This document shows, piece by piece, positions 1 through 13,483 of a stretch of DNA of 64,000 bases; positions within the stretch are counted from its first letter, which is position 1; the number at the start of each line of letters is the position of its first letter. A program made the translations under genes and the position numbers. The notes under the pieces were generated by a model. It saw only the letters and a list, made by a program, of their open reading frames with translations, was not told the DNA's origin and did no database searches. The DNA comes from Botryllus schlosseri (Eukaryota), in NCBI GenBank assembly GCA_051294905.1, contig CM119372.1, positions 33,544,001-33,608,000 on the forward strand, written 5' to 3'.

Positions 1-1046
1 TTGTCGCAGAAATAACTATGAATCCGACTTCTGACACCAATTGTTATGTTCTTGATCTTGTTTGAACAATAACTCAATACGACGAGGTTGCAATACGAAA
101 TCAGTATATTTTACAACAGTATGACTTTAAGGCAGCGACACGATCCAGAGTACAGTTAAATGAAAAGACCCCGAGACAACAGAACACAGGGTATAAATAC
201 AAGCATGACACACGAGGAAATAATGATTGGCTGAAATTACTAATCCTATAGAAAGAAAGAGTTCTACGACACCGAACGTAAATGCACGAACATAACACGT
301 TTCACCATGAATGATGATCGGCTATTAGCTCTATCGAAAGATACTACGTTCAAAATCTTGATTTTGAAGATATTACCGCTGATTTTGCTTCGGCGAGAGC
401 GCAAATTTTGGAACGGCAATTGACCGTTTATTTGCCTAATACCTTTGTTCTCCATTTTGTCTTTTATTTTGCCTTAACGCCAAGACAGTGAGGCTTCATT
501 CTCAGGCAATATAAAACTTCTGAGTTGCGGCAAATTATTTATAATTCTTTTAATGGAACGACTGCTTGAACATGAAACTATTTCCGAATTGTTGGAGTCG
601 GAGTCGGACTCGTGAAAAAATACTGGCTGGAGTGCTGATCGCAGTTGTGAAAATGTCCCTATGACTCCGACTTCCTTGTTATGAAAACAAGTTCTTTCAG
701 AGGTCTTTTGAAATTACTAGTATTAAATACAATATGATTTGTATGTATCAACAATCACTGCTATTATAGTAATGATATTGAATAAATTGAACATTATTTG
801 CAAATTGCAATTGAGTTACATAGAGGAAGAACATTGCAAGATGCATATATTCGTGACCAACGCAAAAATGATGACGCTATTACTATAGCTGCAATTTTGG
901 GACTTATGCCATGATACTGTGAAAGAGTAAATAGATCGTTTGGTTTTGTAAGTGACAAACATCATTTGTAAAGTTGATGCAGACATAACAAACGCTGATT
1001 CCCACTTGACAAAATCAAAATATTTGTAGTAAGAAGGGGAGATGTG

Positions 1047-4000
1047 AGTAGTAGGATGAGCTGGGTTTGGCGCAGACCAATCAGAGAGCGCCACGTCATC
1101 CTAATTGCCACGCCCATTTTCATGCCCTAAGGGTACATTCATCTGCTACGTCATCTGTGCCACATCATCAAGCGCCACGCCTATAGTGCCACATCATCCA
1201 TCCATTGCCATATCATCGCTGCATTGATTGCCGCATCTTGATACTTTTCTCAGATATTGTATTATGTGTATTTAGGACTAATATCATCCGTCCATATTTT
1301 CAACTTGATTTTATGTGTACAAGTTACGGTTTCTGCAGTTTCCACATTTTACGACTTATGATTGCCGCGTCAAAACTTACCTTGGCTAGAATCGACAGAT
1401 TTTCTATTATGTGTATTTAGGACTATGTAATTAAATTCCTATTCAGATTATACATAAATGCGAAAACTATGATGTCTATGCAAGGTTATATTCTCCGGAT
1501 AATATTATTAATATCAAAGTTCTACACATCATCACTAATTACTTAATATAAAATGCGATTTTGAGCGCTGCGACTTGATAATATGAATCCCTACGCTTCT
1601 GATGCATGATTTTTTGTGATAATGACCTAGGTAATATTCATAGTCTGCTACGATTGTTTGGATATACATTATAGCAATACCCCACTAAACTATAGGCGGT
1701 TTTATTACTCTATTGGTCAGAGATAACTCATCCGTCCATATTTTTAAACTTGATTTTATGTATATAAGTTACGGTCTCTGCAGCCTCCACATTTTACGAC
1801 TTATTTTCATTAGACGCAGGCAAGCGATTCTCTAGGTCGGAGCTACGGAAACAAATCACTCGCATGTGAGCGTTCCGAATAGTCTTATAGAAATTTCTAA
1901 AGTCGTAACAGCTTAGTAGCATATGCGCGAATCCCAAGGCGAAAATAATCGAATGAACTATAGCCGCAGGCGTGCGATTCGCAGGACTTTAATTATACAA
2001 ACAGTTTCGATGCCTGTACGCGAACCCCAGCGTTATAACGATGAGGTCTAATTAGCACGTTCTGAAGCCGTAAATTTAGTCAACATCATTGAGATAGCCA
2101 TGATTTAAAGATGGTGATCGAGTGTGACAATAGCACTCGTCAAGGTTAGACAAACATAACTACTCTCTACTTCACAAAATATAAAGTTATAAAAGTAAGC
2201 AGATTTCTATGAAAACCCGTCAAATAGAAGTAAAATTAGCCTAGAACCATAACTACTTACTGAAAAATCGTTACGTAGAAGTGGGGTTAGTCTACGAACA
2301 TAACCACTTACTTTCTTTGAAATCTCTACTTGTACTTGTATTCGAGCGGAATTGCGACCGATGCATTAATGACTTTAATACTCTGTATTTTAAATTATCA
2401 TCGCAAAGTGCACGAATTTCCATGTTGATCAAATACCACAAACTTTGCTTGCTTTCAGAGTTAGTAACTAAGCGCATAACAGAATTTACCCAAAAAATCG
2501 GTACTCCGAAAATTTTGTAAAGTAGAGCTTTTTGGTGTTGGACTCAAGTTCCAATGAACAAGTGTTCACGTAGCTTCGAGGTCTGAATGAGTCTTTTAAA
2601 GTAGATAAAAACGACAAAAACTAACCGAAAAAATTTACGAAGTTTGGATGCGCCATATTTAGATTTTTAAAAATTATTCATACCCATGATTCGAAATATT
2701 GTTAACTAACTTATGTTTTCGACATAAGATAAGCGTGAAGTGTACAAATTTCGATGTTGCGCAAATACCAAAAACTTTGCTTGCTTTCAGAGCCGGCAAC
2801 TAAATGCAAGACAGACTTTACGCAAAAAGTTGATATTCTGAAAATTTTATCAAGTTAATAGTTTAAAAAATTATACTTGAGCACTACGAAATGTACAAGT
2901 ACTTTACCTTTACACGACGTTTTTTGTAAAATGAATACTAATTTTATTTAAAAAACTATGGGAATGAGGTATTAGAAAATACCAATTCGAGAGGTTCTCT
3001 ACTAGATAGTGCCTAGCTTTCTCCATCGCCAATACCTGATGCTGTCGGATAAGTTTATGAAACTGACACCTCTCATCCAGAGCAATGAAAAAAGTACATT
3101 CCAACCTTTTATTATCACTAAATTTCTTCTAAAGTACAGGAAGTGCAGATCTCAAACAAGTGAAAAAGTACGTATTAAAGGTATAGTTTGCCAGATAACT
3201 GAAAATAATAAATAAAATTAAAAAATTAAAAAGCGCAAAATATTACATTTTATCCCGGAACGCAACAAGAAATATCGTATGAGTTTTGTAAAGTAGATAG
3301 AAAACTATGCCTGATAACTGAAAATAATAAAAATAAAATTAAAAAGTGCGAAAATCACATTTTATCCCGGAACGCAACACGAAAATTCGTATTACTTTTT
3401 TAAAGTAGAAAGAAAACTACACTATTCCGATGCACTAAAGACTTTTACACTCCGGATTTTGTATAGTACATAATAATTTTACATTGCGGGGTATTCAGTA
3501 AACTTTAATCCAGTGATCCTCCGTCTATTTTCAATCACGCTCCTTTTATTAGTCTAGGTTTCGAACCACACATCCAGTACGTTTTTATGGGGATTAATAT
3601 TTTTAGACTCAAATACTTTTCCAATGTACTAAAGTCTTACAGTACGGATTTTGTAGAGTAGTTAGAAAACTACCTTTTGAGTCGATAGCGAAGTACTTGT
3701 TCATTTTGGAGTACTCAAGTATTGGTTTGGCCTTGGTAGCAATATACTCAATCAAGTGATTATCTATTTACAGCGCATCTACTTCTATTTCAGAGTTTTC
3801 GGTTTTCAGACAAACTATACCTTCAATACTTACTGATTTACTCGTTCGGAAATCATCACTTCTTGCACTTTACTAAAAATTTACTGATACTAAAATGTTA
3901 AAATGTACCTTTTCAATGCCCTCGATGAGCAGCGCCAGTTTCCACTATATTCTATCATGCATTTTCGCGCTGCAGAATGACTTATCGCAACGAAAAATAG

Positions 4001-5901
4001 CAAAAATACATCGAGAATCTGCAAACTCTCACTGCGAAATATTTGAGTTTTACGAATTATCCTTCAAAGTGAGCTTACATATTGGATATTATCAAAATCC
4101 TCTCCATATCGAAATAATTGTACATTTGGAGTACTCAAGTATAGGTTTCGCCTGCTTGCGCTATACTTAATCAAGTGATTATCTATTTAGACTTCATCTA
4201 CTTCTATTTCAATTTCAGAGTTTTCAGTTATCAGACAAATAATAACTTCAATACTTACTTTTTCACTCGCTCGGAAATCAGCACTTCATGTACTTCAGAA
4301 GAAATTTACTGGTAATAGAATATTGAAATGTACTATTCCATTGGCCTTGATGAGCGGGCCCCGTTTCATCTATATTCTACAATGCATTTTCACACTTCAG
4401 AATGACTTATCGCAATGAAAAATAGCACAAATACATCGAGAATTTGCGAACCATCACTATACGATAATTGAGTTTTACAAATTACCCTTCAAGGTGAACC
4501 TACATGTTGCGTATTATCCAAAACCTCGTAGAATTTTGCTCCGAGCGACAAATCCTTTGAATTAAGGTGGAAGTACCTATTTCCGACTAAGTAAAACGTC
4601 AGAGTTCTAGGTCTATTTCTGCTTAATTCTGAAACTATAACGGATTTGAAGCAGTACAATATCATAAACACTTGAGAGTATTTGTTGCATGTAGGCAAAA
4701 AACGTACTTGAGTACTCGGAAGAAGTCAATACTTACTTGTTTACCCGCTCGGACATCGTCACTTCTTGTACTTTAATAGAAATTTACTACTGATAAATGA
4801 GTAATCGACTTTACTCGATATTCGCGTACTATGAAACTGAAGAATGAATAGACGCGTTTTCAAACTATAGAATGATATAGTCTCTACAAAATGTTTTTGA
4901 TAACAAGATAACTTTTTACATGAATGGCTACGTATTCTAATATTCAAATAACCCAACACAGAGCTCGTACTTACAGGAATATCGTAGTTCTTGTAATAAA
5001 GTTGCATGTGCACAATATATGTTTAAGGTGAGTCCTACATATTCATGATTTCGTCCGAGTTTGTATTTTAGAAAATATTATACAACAATTTACTTTACTA
5101 ACAAGAAGTGTCGAGTTATCGAATGATTTTCCCTTCCGTCAAAACAAATAGAATGTGAAACTATATTTCTAACGTTTCTAACCCTTTGCACACCAGTGGT
5201 AAATCACAAAAGCAACAAGTTTCGAGAATCGAGTTATTGAATAACGTGAAAGCGTTTTTTCAGTGTCAAGTCGTTATGTTGATTAAAGCGTATATTTTAA
5301 TACCCCGAAGTGAGACTTCGAAACTATCGTCAGTTCTCCAAGAGCAAATATCGTGTTCTACAAGTGTTAAGTTGTTGCATTATGTAGCTGGTAATTGGTG
5401 CACGTAAGCCAAGGATCGAACCAACTTGTGTTAACTTGCGTTATTATGTACCTAGTAATTGGTGCGAGTAATCCCGCAACTGCTGCTGTTCAATGGCTTT
5501 ACCGCGTTCTTACCAAGTACCTTAATGAGGATAGACAGCCCCAAGCTGATAATGTAAGTATGTATGTATGAATGATGGGTCTTATGGTGCTTGATGATAG
5601 AAGCTGGTCTTCTATTCTATATTCCGAAATAATCAAGCTGGTGGTTTTACCAGCACCGAGCCACATAGAAACTTTAGTAGAATCACTTATTATAACTCCT
5701 CACGTTCACTCAAGTAAATCTAATTTGATACTCGAGTACTGAACCTTAATTTTCCAGCAGTGTGATAAACGCCGTCAGATGGTACTCAACATCGCGCAAT
5801 TCCGCTCGAATACAAGTAAAAGTACAGATTTCAAAGTAAGTAAGTGAGTAACTGCTGGTTATGTTTGTAGACTATATCTCCACTTCTATCGTTCAGAGAT
5901 G
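1047..5901 (+). repeat. Left inverted arm (~4.86 kb) of the Polinton-like element
   Basis: Reverse complement of 8926-13483. The ORF track mirrors accordingly (2281+/12311-, 3895+/10660-, 5186+/9420-) with only isolated substitutions. Confidence 0.97.
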
Positions 5902-5902
5902 G

Positions 5903-6359
5903 CAAGTGGCATTATCAGACATGAAAATGATATTATCACCTAATACCAGAAGTTAACACACGTCAATGTGGTTCGGAATTCACGAAAATTGGTTACTAAG
6001 AGAAGTATATTCTTGTATACACAATAGCGGAGAGAATCTTTAAAATGTAGTAAGCAGGCCGATGGGTATTCGTTGAGTTGTACAAGCATAAAAAGCATTC
6101 CCGCGCGCGTCTTAGGATTAGGTGGTAGGGTTAGAAAGAGTTAGGTCTATGAGCGCGCGGGAATGTTTTTTATGCTTGTAAAACTCAACGAATACCCATC
6201 GGCCTGCTTACTACATTTTAAAGATTCTCTCCGCTATTGTGTATACAAGAATATACTTCTCTTAGTAACCAATTTTTCGTGAATTCCGAACCACATTGAC
6301 GTGTGTTAACTTCTGGTATTAGGTGATAATATCATTTTCATGTCTGATAATGCCACTTG
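5903..6359. repeat. Near-perfect hairpin (~205-bp arms) with a 44-bp telomere-like loop
   Basis: 5903-6108 is the reverse complement of 6153-6359 with few mismatches. Loop: gtcTTAGGaTTAGGtggTAGGGTTAGaaagagTTAGGtctatga. Confidence 0.95.
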
Positions 6360-8925
6360 TCAAGGTAATACAAACGTAAGCTCAAGCTACTTTAATGTTA
6401 ATTCATTCAATTAGCTTGTGTTTATCTTGAAATTACTTGGATTATGCTGAGTTTCGCTATTAAAAAACACTGCAACATGACTGAGTTAATCAAACACAGC
6501 GCAAATAATTACAAATCGCCTGCAGTAGGTATTATTTTATGATATACGAAGGAGGATGACACGAATATCTTATAATACTCTAGTAATTCATTTATTTATC
6601 TTGTGTTAATTATGAAATCACTTGGCTCACGCTGTAAAATTACACTGCAACGTGAAAAGTTATTATATTTAATCTCATAAGTTAGAGCTAAATTTGAACT
6701 CGTTGGAAAAATAAGATTCAGTAGGCCTACTTGATTATCAAATTAGATTTACTTGAGTAAACGTGAGGAGTTATAAGTTATTCTACTGAAGTTTCTACGA
6801 GGTGAGGTCCTGTCAAAAACCACCAACTTGATTATTTCGGAATAGAATAGACGATCAACTTCATTCGTCAAGCGGCATAAGACCCCTCATACATACATAC
6901 ACAGTACACACTTACATTAGCTGATTGGGGCTGTCTATCCTTACGAGGATGCTTGGTAAAAACGAGGAAAAGGCCTTGAACAGCAGTTGCGGACTTACTT
7001 GCACCAATTACTAGCTATATAATACAACAAGTTACCACTCGTTGATGTAACTGTCCTCATTTGTATGCATAGCCTACGAGAAATTGCTTACTGAGGGAGG
7101 TACTTTTTTGAAGATTGCAACAACATAGCCATATATGTATTCATCCCGTATACACAATATTTTTATAACACGATATTTGAAGGTGGAGATGAACTAACGA
7201 AATTTGGTGTCGTGGTACATAATTTTAAACTGTCGTAACTTCGTATCGCTATGATGTCATATAACACTGTTCCAAGTCCCAGGACTATCACTGAAGAGCT
7301 CGTCGAATGAATATCGTTAGTCAAGATGATCAAACAGAACGAATAGAAGCTCACCGTAACATATACTGCTATTTGACAGACTTCAAATATAGCGAAAAGT
7401 AATTATGTAAGTCATAACACATAGTCAAGTGTACAAGTACATATAGAATTAATAATAAATGAGATTTACTTGCTACACTCAAGTACAGGTTAAAGAAAAG
7501 ATTTCCGAATGGGTGAATGAGCTAGTTTTTTATTCCAAATTTTGTCTCAAACTGAAACTGTCAAGAACTGATAAAGTACTCTAAAACCTAGTCACTTTTT
7601 ACGTGGAGTGAGTCGATAGCGAAGTACTTGCACATTTTGGAGTACTCAAGTATAGGTTTGGCCTGCTTGCGCTATACTTAATCAAGTGATTACCTATTTA
7701 CACTGCATCTACTTCTATTTCAGAGTTGTCGGTTTTTCGAGCAAACTGTACCTTCAATACTTACTTTTAACTCACTCGGAAATCACCACTTCTTGTCCTT
7801 TACTAGGAATTTACTGCTACTAAAATGTTGAAATGTACTTCTTTTCAGTGGCCTTGGTGAGCGGTGTCAGTTTCATCTATATCCTACGATGCATTATCGC
7901 GCCGCAGAATGACTTACTGCAATAAAAATATCAAAAATACATCGAGAATTTGCGAACTCTCACTGCGCAATATTTGAGTTTTACGAAGTACCCTTCAAAG
8001 TGAGCCTATATGTTCGATATTATTCAAAACCTCATAAAATTACGCGTCGAGCGAGGAAACCTTTAAAATAAGATAGAAGTAGTCATTTCCGAGTAAGTAA
8101 AACGTTAGTACTCCAGATATATTTCTGCTTAATACTATAACTATCATGAAGTTGAAGCACTTCGATATCATAAGGACTTGAGAGTATTTGGTGCATGTAG
8201 GCAAAAAACCTACTTGGTATACTCTGAAAAAGTACGAGTACTTCTTTACTTAACAACTCCAAAGGTTAGCACAGTTTGTGGTATTACGATTACCTGCTAA
8301 TAAAATGTTGAAATGTAATGTACTTTTATTCAGGGGTCTTGATGAATTGTACCAGTTTCATCTATTTCCTACAATGCATTTCGCTGTCCTGAATGACTTA
8401 TCATCACCGTGAAAAAATAGCAAAAATATACCGAAAATTTGGGAAGTCCTACTATGCGATATTTGAGTTTTTCAATTTACATTTCGAAATTAGCCCAGTT
8501 GGATATCAACGAAAACCACGTAAAATTTCTTTTCAAGCGTTATGGCTTCAACTCGAGCAAATACGTATTCCGAATTTTATGAGTGAAATAACCCTTCTTA
8601 TGTTAAATCTACATAGGGCAGAATGAATCGAAAAAAAAATGCGGAAGCCTAGGCATCGAGATATAGCTCGGCGTCACACCGCGGTCCAATAACGAGAGTG
8701 GAATAATATAGAAATCATACCGAACCATTGTAAAAGTGACGTTTCTTAGTTTATGCATATAAAATTTCACATTGTAAAAGTTAGTATTCAAGGTCCATTT
8801 TTGTTCAATACTGAAACTGTCTTGAATTTGAAACAGGCCTATATCATAAACACTTGAGTAGTTGGTGCATGTAGGCAAAAAAACACTTGAGTACTTTGAA
8901 GAAATACATGTACTTCTCTGCTCAA

Positions 8926-11900
8926 CATCTCTGAACGATAGAAGTGGAGATATAGTCTACAAACATAACCAGCAGTTACTCACTTACTTACTTTGAAATC
9001 TGTACTTTTACTTGTATTCGAGCGGAATTGCGCGATGTTGAGTACCATATGACGGCGTTTATCACACTGCTGGAAAATTAAGGTTCAATACTCGAGTATC
9101 AAATTAGATTTACTTGAGTGAACGTGAGGAGTTATAATAAGTGATTCTACTAAAGTTTCTATGTGGCTCGGTGCTGGTAAAACCACCAGCTTGATTATTT
9201 CGGAATATAGAATAGAAGACCAGCTTCTATCATCAAGCACCATAAGACTCATCATTCATACATACATACTTACATTATCTGCTTGGGGCTGTCTATCCTT
9301 ATTAAGGTACTTGGTAAGAACGCGGTAAAGCCATTGAACAGCAGCAGTTGCGGGATTACTCGCACCAATTACTAGGTACATAATAACGCAAGTTAACACA
9401 AGTTGGTTCGATCCTTGGCTTACGTGCACCAATTACCAGCTACATAATACAACAACTTAACACTTGTAGAACACGATATTTGCTCTTGGAGAACTGACGA
9501 TAGTTTCGAAGTCTCACTTCGGGGTATTAAAATATACGCTTTAATCAACATAACGACTTGACACTGAAAAAACGCTTTCACGTTATTCAATAACTCGATT
9601 CTCGAAACTTGTTGCTTTTGTGATTTACCACTGGTGTGCAAAGGGTTAGAAACGTTTGAAATATAGTTTCACATTCTATTTGTTTTGACGGAAGGGAAAA
9701 TCATTCGATAACTCGACACTTCTTGTTAGTAAAGTAAATTGTTGTATAATATTTTCTAAAATACAAACTCGGACGAAATCATGAATATGTAGGACTCACC
9801 TTAAACATATATTGCTGTGCACATGCAACTTTATTACAAGAACTACGATATTCCTGTAAGTACGAGCTCTGTGTTGGGTTATTTGAATATTAGAATACGT
9901 GGCCATTCATGTAAAAAGTTATCTTGATATCAAAAACATTTTGTAGAGACTATATCATTCTATAGTTTGAAAACGCGTCTATTCATTCTTCAGTTTCATA
10001 GTACGCGAATATCGAGTAAAGTCGATTACTCATTTATCAGTAGTAAATTTCTATTAAAGTACAAGAAGTGACGATGTCCGAGCGGGTAAACAAGTAAGTA
10101 TTGACTTCTTCCGAGTACTCAAGTACGTTTTTTGCCTACATGCAACAAATACTCTCAAGTGTTTATCATATTGTACTGCTTCAAATCCGTTATAGTTTCA
10201 GAATTAAGCAGAAATAGACCTAGAACTCTGACGTTTTACTTAGTCGGAAATAGGTACTTCCACCTTAATTCAAAGGATTTGTCGCTCGGAGCAAAATTCT
10301 ACGAGGTTTTGGATAATACGCAACATGTAGGTTCACTTTGAAGGGTAATTTGTAAAACTCAATTATCGTATAGTGATGGTTCGCAAATTCTCGATGTATT
10401 TGTGCTATTTTTCATTGCGATAAGTCATTCTGAAGTGTGAAAATGCATTGTAGAATATAGATGAAACGGGGCCCGCTCATCAAGGCCAATGGAATAGTAC
10501 ATTTCAATATTCTATTACCAGTAAATTTCTTCTGAAGTACATGAAGTGCTGATTTCCGAGCGAGTGAAAAAGTAAGTATTGAAGGTATTATTTGTCTGAT
10601 AACTGAAAACTCTGAAATTGAAATAGAAGTAGATGAAGTCTAAATAGATAATCACTTGATTAAGTATAGCGCAAGCAGGCGAAACCTATACTTGAGTACT
10701 CCAAACGTACAATTATTTCGATATGGAGAGGATTTTGATAATATCCAATATGTAAGCTCACTTTGAAGGATAATTCGTAAAACTCAAATATTTCGCAGTG
10801 AGAGTTTGCAGATTCTCGATGTATTTTTGCTATTTTTCGTTGCGATAAGTCATTCTGCAGCGCGAAAATGCATGATAGAATATAGTGGAAACTGGCGCTG
10901 CTCATCGAGGGCATTGAAAAGGTACATTTTAACATTTTAGTATCAGTAAATTTTTAGTAAAGTGCAAGAAGTGATGATTTCCGAACGAGTAAATCAGTAA
11001 GTATTGAAGGTATAGTTTGTCTGAAAACCGAAAACTCTGAAATAGAAGTAGATGCGCTGTAAATAGATAATCACTTGATTGAGTATATTGCTACCAAGGC
11101 CAAACCAATACTTGAGTACTCCAAAATGAACAAGTACTTCGCTATCGACTCAAAAGGTAGTTTTCTAACTACTCTACAAAATCCGTACTGTAAGACTTTA
11201 GTACATTGGAAAAGTATTTGAGTCTAAAAATATTAATCCCCATAAAAACGTACTGGATGTGTGGTTCGAAACCTAGACTAATAAAAGGAGCGTGATTGAA
11301 AATAGACGGAAGATCACTGGATTAAAGTTTACTGAATACCCCGCAATGTAAAATTATTATGTACTATACAAAATCCGGAGTGTAAAAGTCTTTAGTGCAT
11401 CGGAATAGTGTAGTTTTCTTTCTACTTTAAAAAAGTAATACGAATTTTCGTGTTGCGTTCCGGGATAAAATGTGATTTTCGCACTTTTTAATTTTATTTT
11501 TATTATTTTCAGTTATCAGGCATAGTTTTCTATCTACTTTACAAAACTCATACGATTTTTCTTGTTGCGTTCCGGGATAAAATGTAATATTTTGCGCTTT
11601 TTAATTTTTTAATTTTATTTATTATTTTCAGTTATCTGGCAAACTATACCTTTAATACGTACTTTTTCACTTGTTTGAGATCTGCACTTCCTGTACTTTA
11701 GTAGAAATTTAGTGATAATAAAAGGTTGGAATGTACTTTTTTCATTGCTCTGGATGAGAGGTGTCAGTTTCATAAACTTATCCGACAGCATCAGGTATTG
11801 GCGATGGAGAAAGCTAGGCACTATCTAGTAGAGAACCTCTCGAATTGGTATTTTCTAATACCTCATTCCCATAGTTTTTTAAATAAAATTAGTATTCATT

Positions 11901-13483
11901 TTACAAAAAACGTCGTGTAAAGGTAAAGTACTTGTACATTTCGTAGTGCTCAAGTATAATTTTTTAAACTATTAACTTGATAAAATTTTCAGAATATCAA
12001 CTTTTTGCGTAAAGTCTGTCTTGCATTTAGTTGCCGGCTCTGAAAGCAAGCAAAGTTTTTGGTATTTGCGCAACATCGAAATTTGTACACTTCACGCTTA
12101 TCTTATGTCGAAAAAATAAGTTAGTTAACAATATTTCGAATCATGGGTATGAATAATTTTTAAAAACCTAAATATGGCGCATCCAAACTTCGTAAATTTT
12201 TTTCGGTTAGTTTTTGTCGTTTTTATCTACTTTAAAAGACTCATTCAGACCTCGAAGCTACGTGAACACTTGTTCATTGGAACTTGAGTCCAACACCAAA
12301 AAGCTCTACTTTACAAAATTTTCGGAGTACCGATTTTTTGGGTAAATTCTGTTATGCGCTTAGTTACTAACTCTGAAAGCAAGCAAAGTTTGTGGTATTT
12401 GATCAACATGGAAATTCGTGCACTTTGCGATGATAATTTAAAATACAGAGTATTAAAGTCATTAATGCATCGGTCGCAATTCCGCTCGAATACAAGTACA
12501 AGTAGAGATTTCAAAGAAAGTAAGTGGTTATGTTCGTAGACTAACCCCACTTCTACGTAACGATTTTTCAGTAAGTAGTTATGGTTCTAGGCTAATTTTA
12601 CTTCTATTTGACGGGTTTTCATAGAAATCTGCTTACTTTTATAACTTTATATTTTGTGAAGTAGAGAGTAGTTATGTTTGTCTAACCTTGACGAGTGCTA
12701 TTGTCACACTCGATCACCATCTTTAAATCATGGCTATCTCAATGATGTTGACTAAATTTACGGCTTCAGAACGTGCTAATTAGACCTCATCGTTATAACG
12801 CTGGGGTTCGCGTACAGGCATCGAAACTGTTTGTATAATTAAAGTCCTGCGAATCGCACGCCTGCGGCTATAGTTCATTCGATTATTTTCGCCTTGGGAT
12901 TCGCGCATATGCTACTAAGCTGTTACAACTTTAGAAATTTCTATAAGACTATTCGGAACGCGCACATGCGAGTGATTTGTTTCCGTAGCTCCGACCTAGA
13001 GAATCGCTTGCCCTCGTCTAATGAAAATAAGTCGTAAAATGTGGAGGCTGCAGAGACAGTAACTTGTATACATAAATCAAGTTTAAAAATATGGACGGAT
13101 GAGTTATCTCTGACCAATAGAGTAATATAACCGCCTATAGTTTAGTGGGCGCCTATAGTTTAGTAGTTTTGACGCGGCAGTCATAAGTCGTAAAATGTGG
13201 AAACTGCAGAAACCGTAACTTGTACACATAAAATCAAGTTTAAAATATGGACGGATGATGTTAGTCCTAAATACACATAATACAATATCTGAGAAAAGTA
13301 TCAGGATGCGGCAATCAATGCAGCGATGATATAGCAATGGATGGATGATGTGGCACTATAGGCGTGGCGCTTGATGATGTGGCACAGATGACGTAGCAGA
13401 TGAATGTACCCTTAGGGCGTGGCAATTAGGATGACGTGGCGCTCTCTGATTGGTCTGCGCCAAACCCAGCTCATCCTACTACT
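8926..13483 (-). repeat. Right inverted arm (~4.56 kb) of the Polinton-like element
   Basis: Starts CATCTCTGAACGATAGAAGTGG, the reverse complement of the left arm's inner end. Lacks the equivalent of left-arm 1378-1680. Confidence 0.97.

Larger units (their letters stand above)
1047..13483. mobile_element. Non-autonomous Polinton/Maverick-like element with giant terminal inverted repeats
   Basis: Begins AGTAGTAGGATGAGCTGGG (1047) and ends CCCAGCTCATCCTACTACT (13483). Flanked by the perfect 6-bp direct repeat GATGTG (1041-1046, 13484-13489). AG...CT termini with AGT repeats and a 6-bp TSD are Polinton hallmarks. No pPolB, integrase or capsid ORF is visible. Confidence 0.8.

Noticed and set aside
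1067..1080. NFI site (adenovirus ITR-like) TTGGCGCAGACCAA
   Set aside because: Spacing is TTGG-N6-CCAA, one base short of the NFI consensus.
1205..13337. Paired short ORFs (60-92 aa) duplicated on opposite strands
   Set aside because: They are by-products of the inverted arms, mostly with non-ATG starts and no recognisable domains.
1047..13483. Palindrome as a pure assembly or fold-back artefact
   Set aside because: The arms differ by substitutions and a 303-bp indel, there is a 3-kb non-palindromic spacer, and the ends carry a precise TSD. Long reads are still needed for proof.
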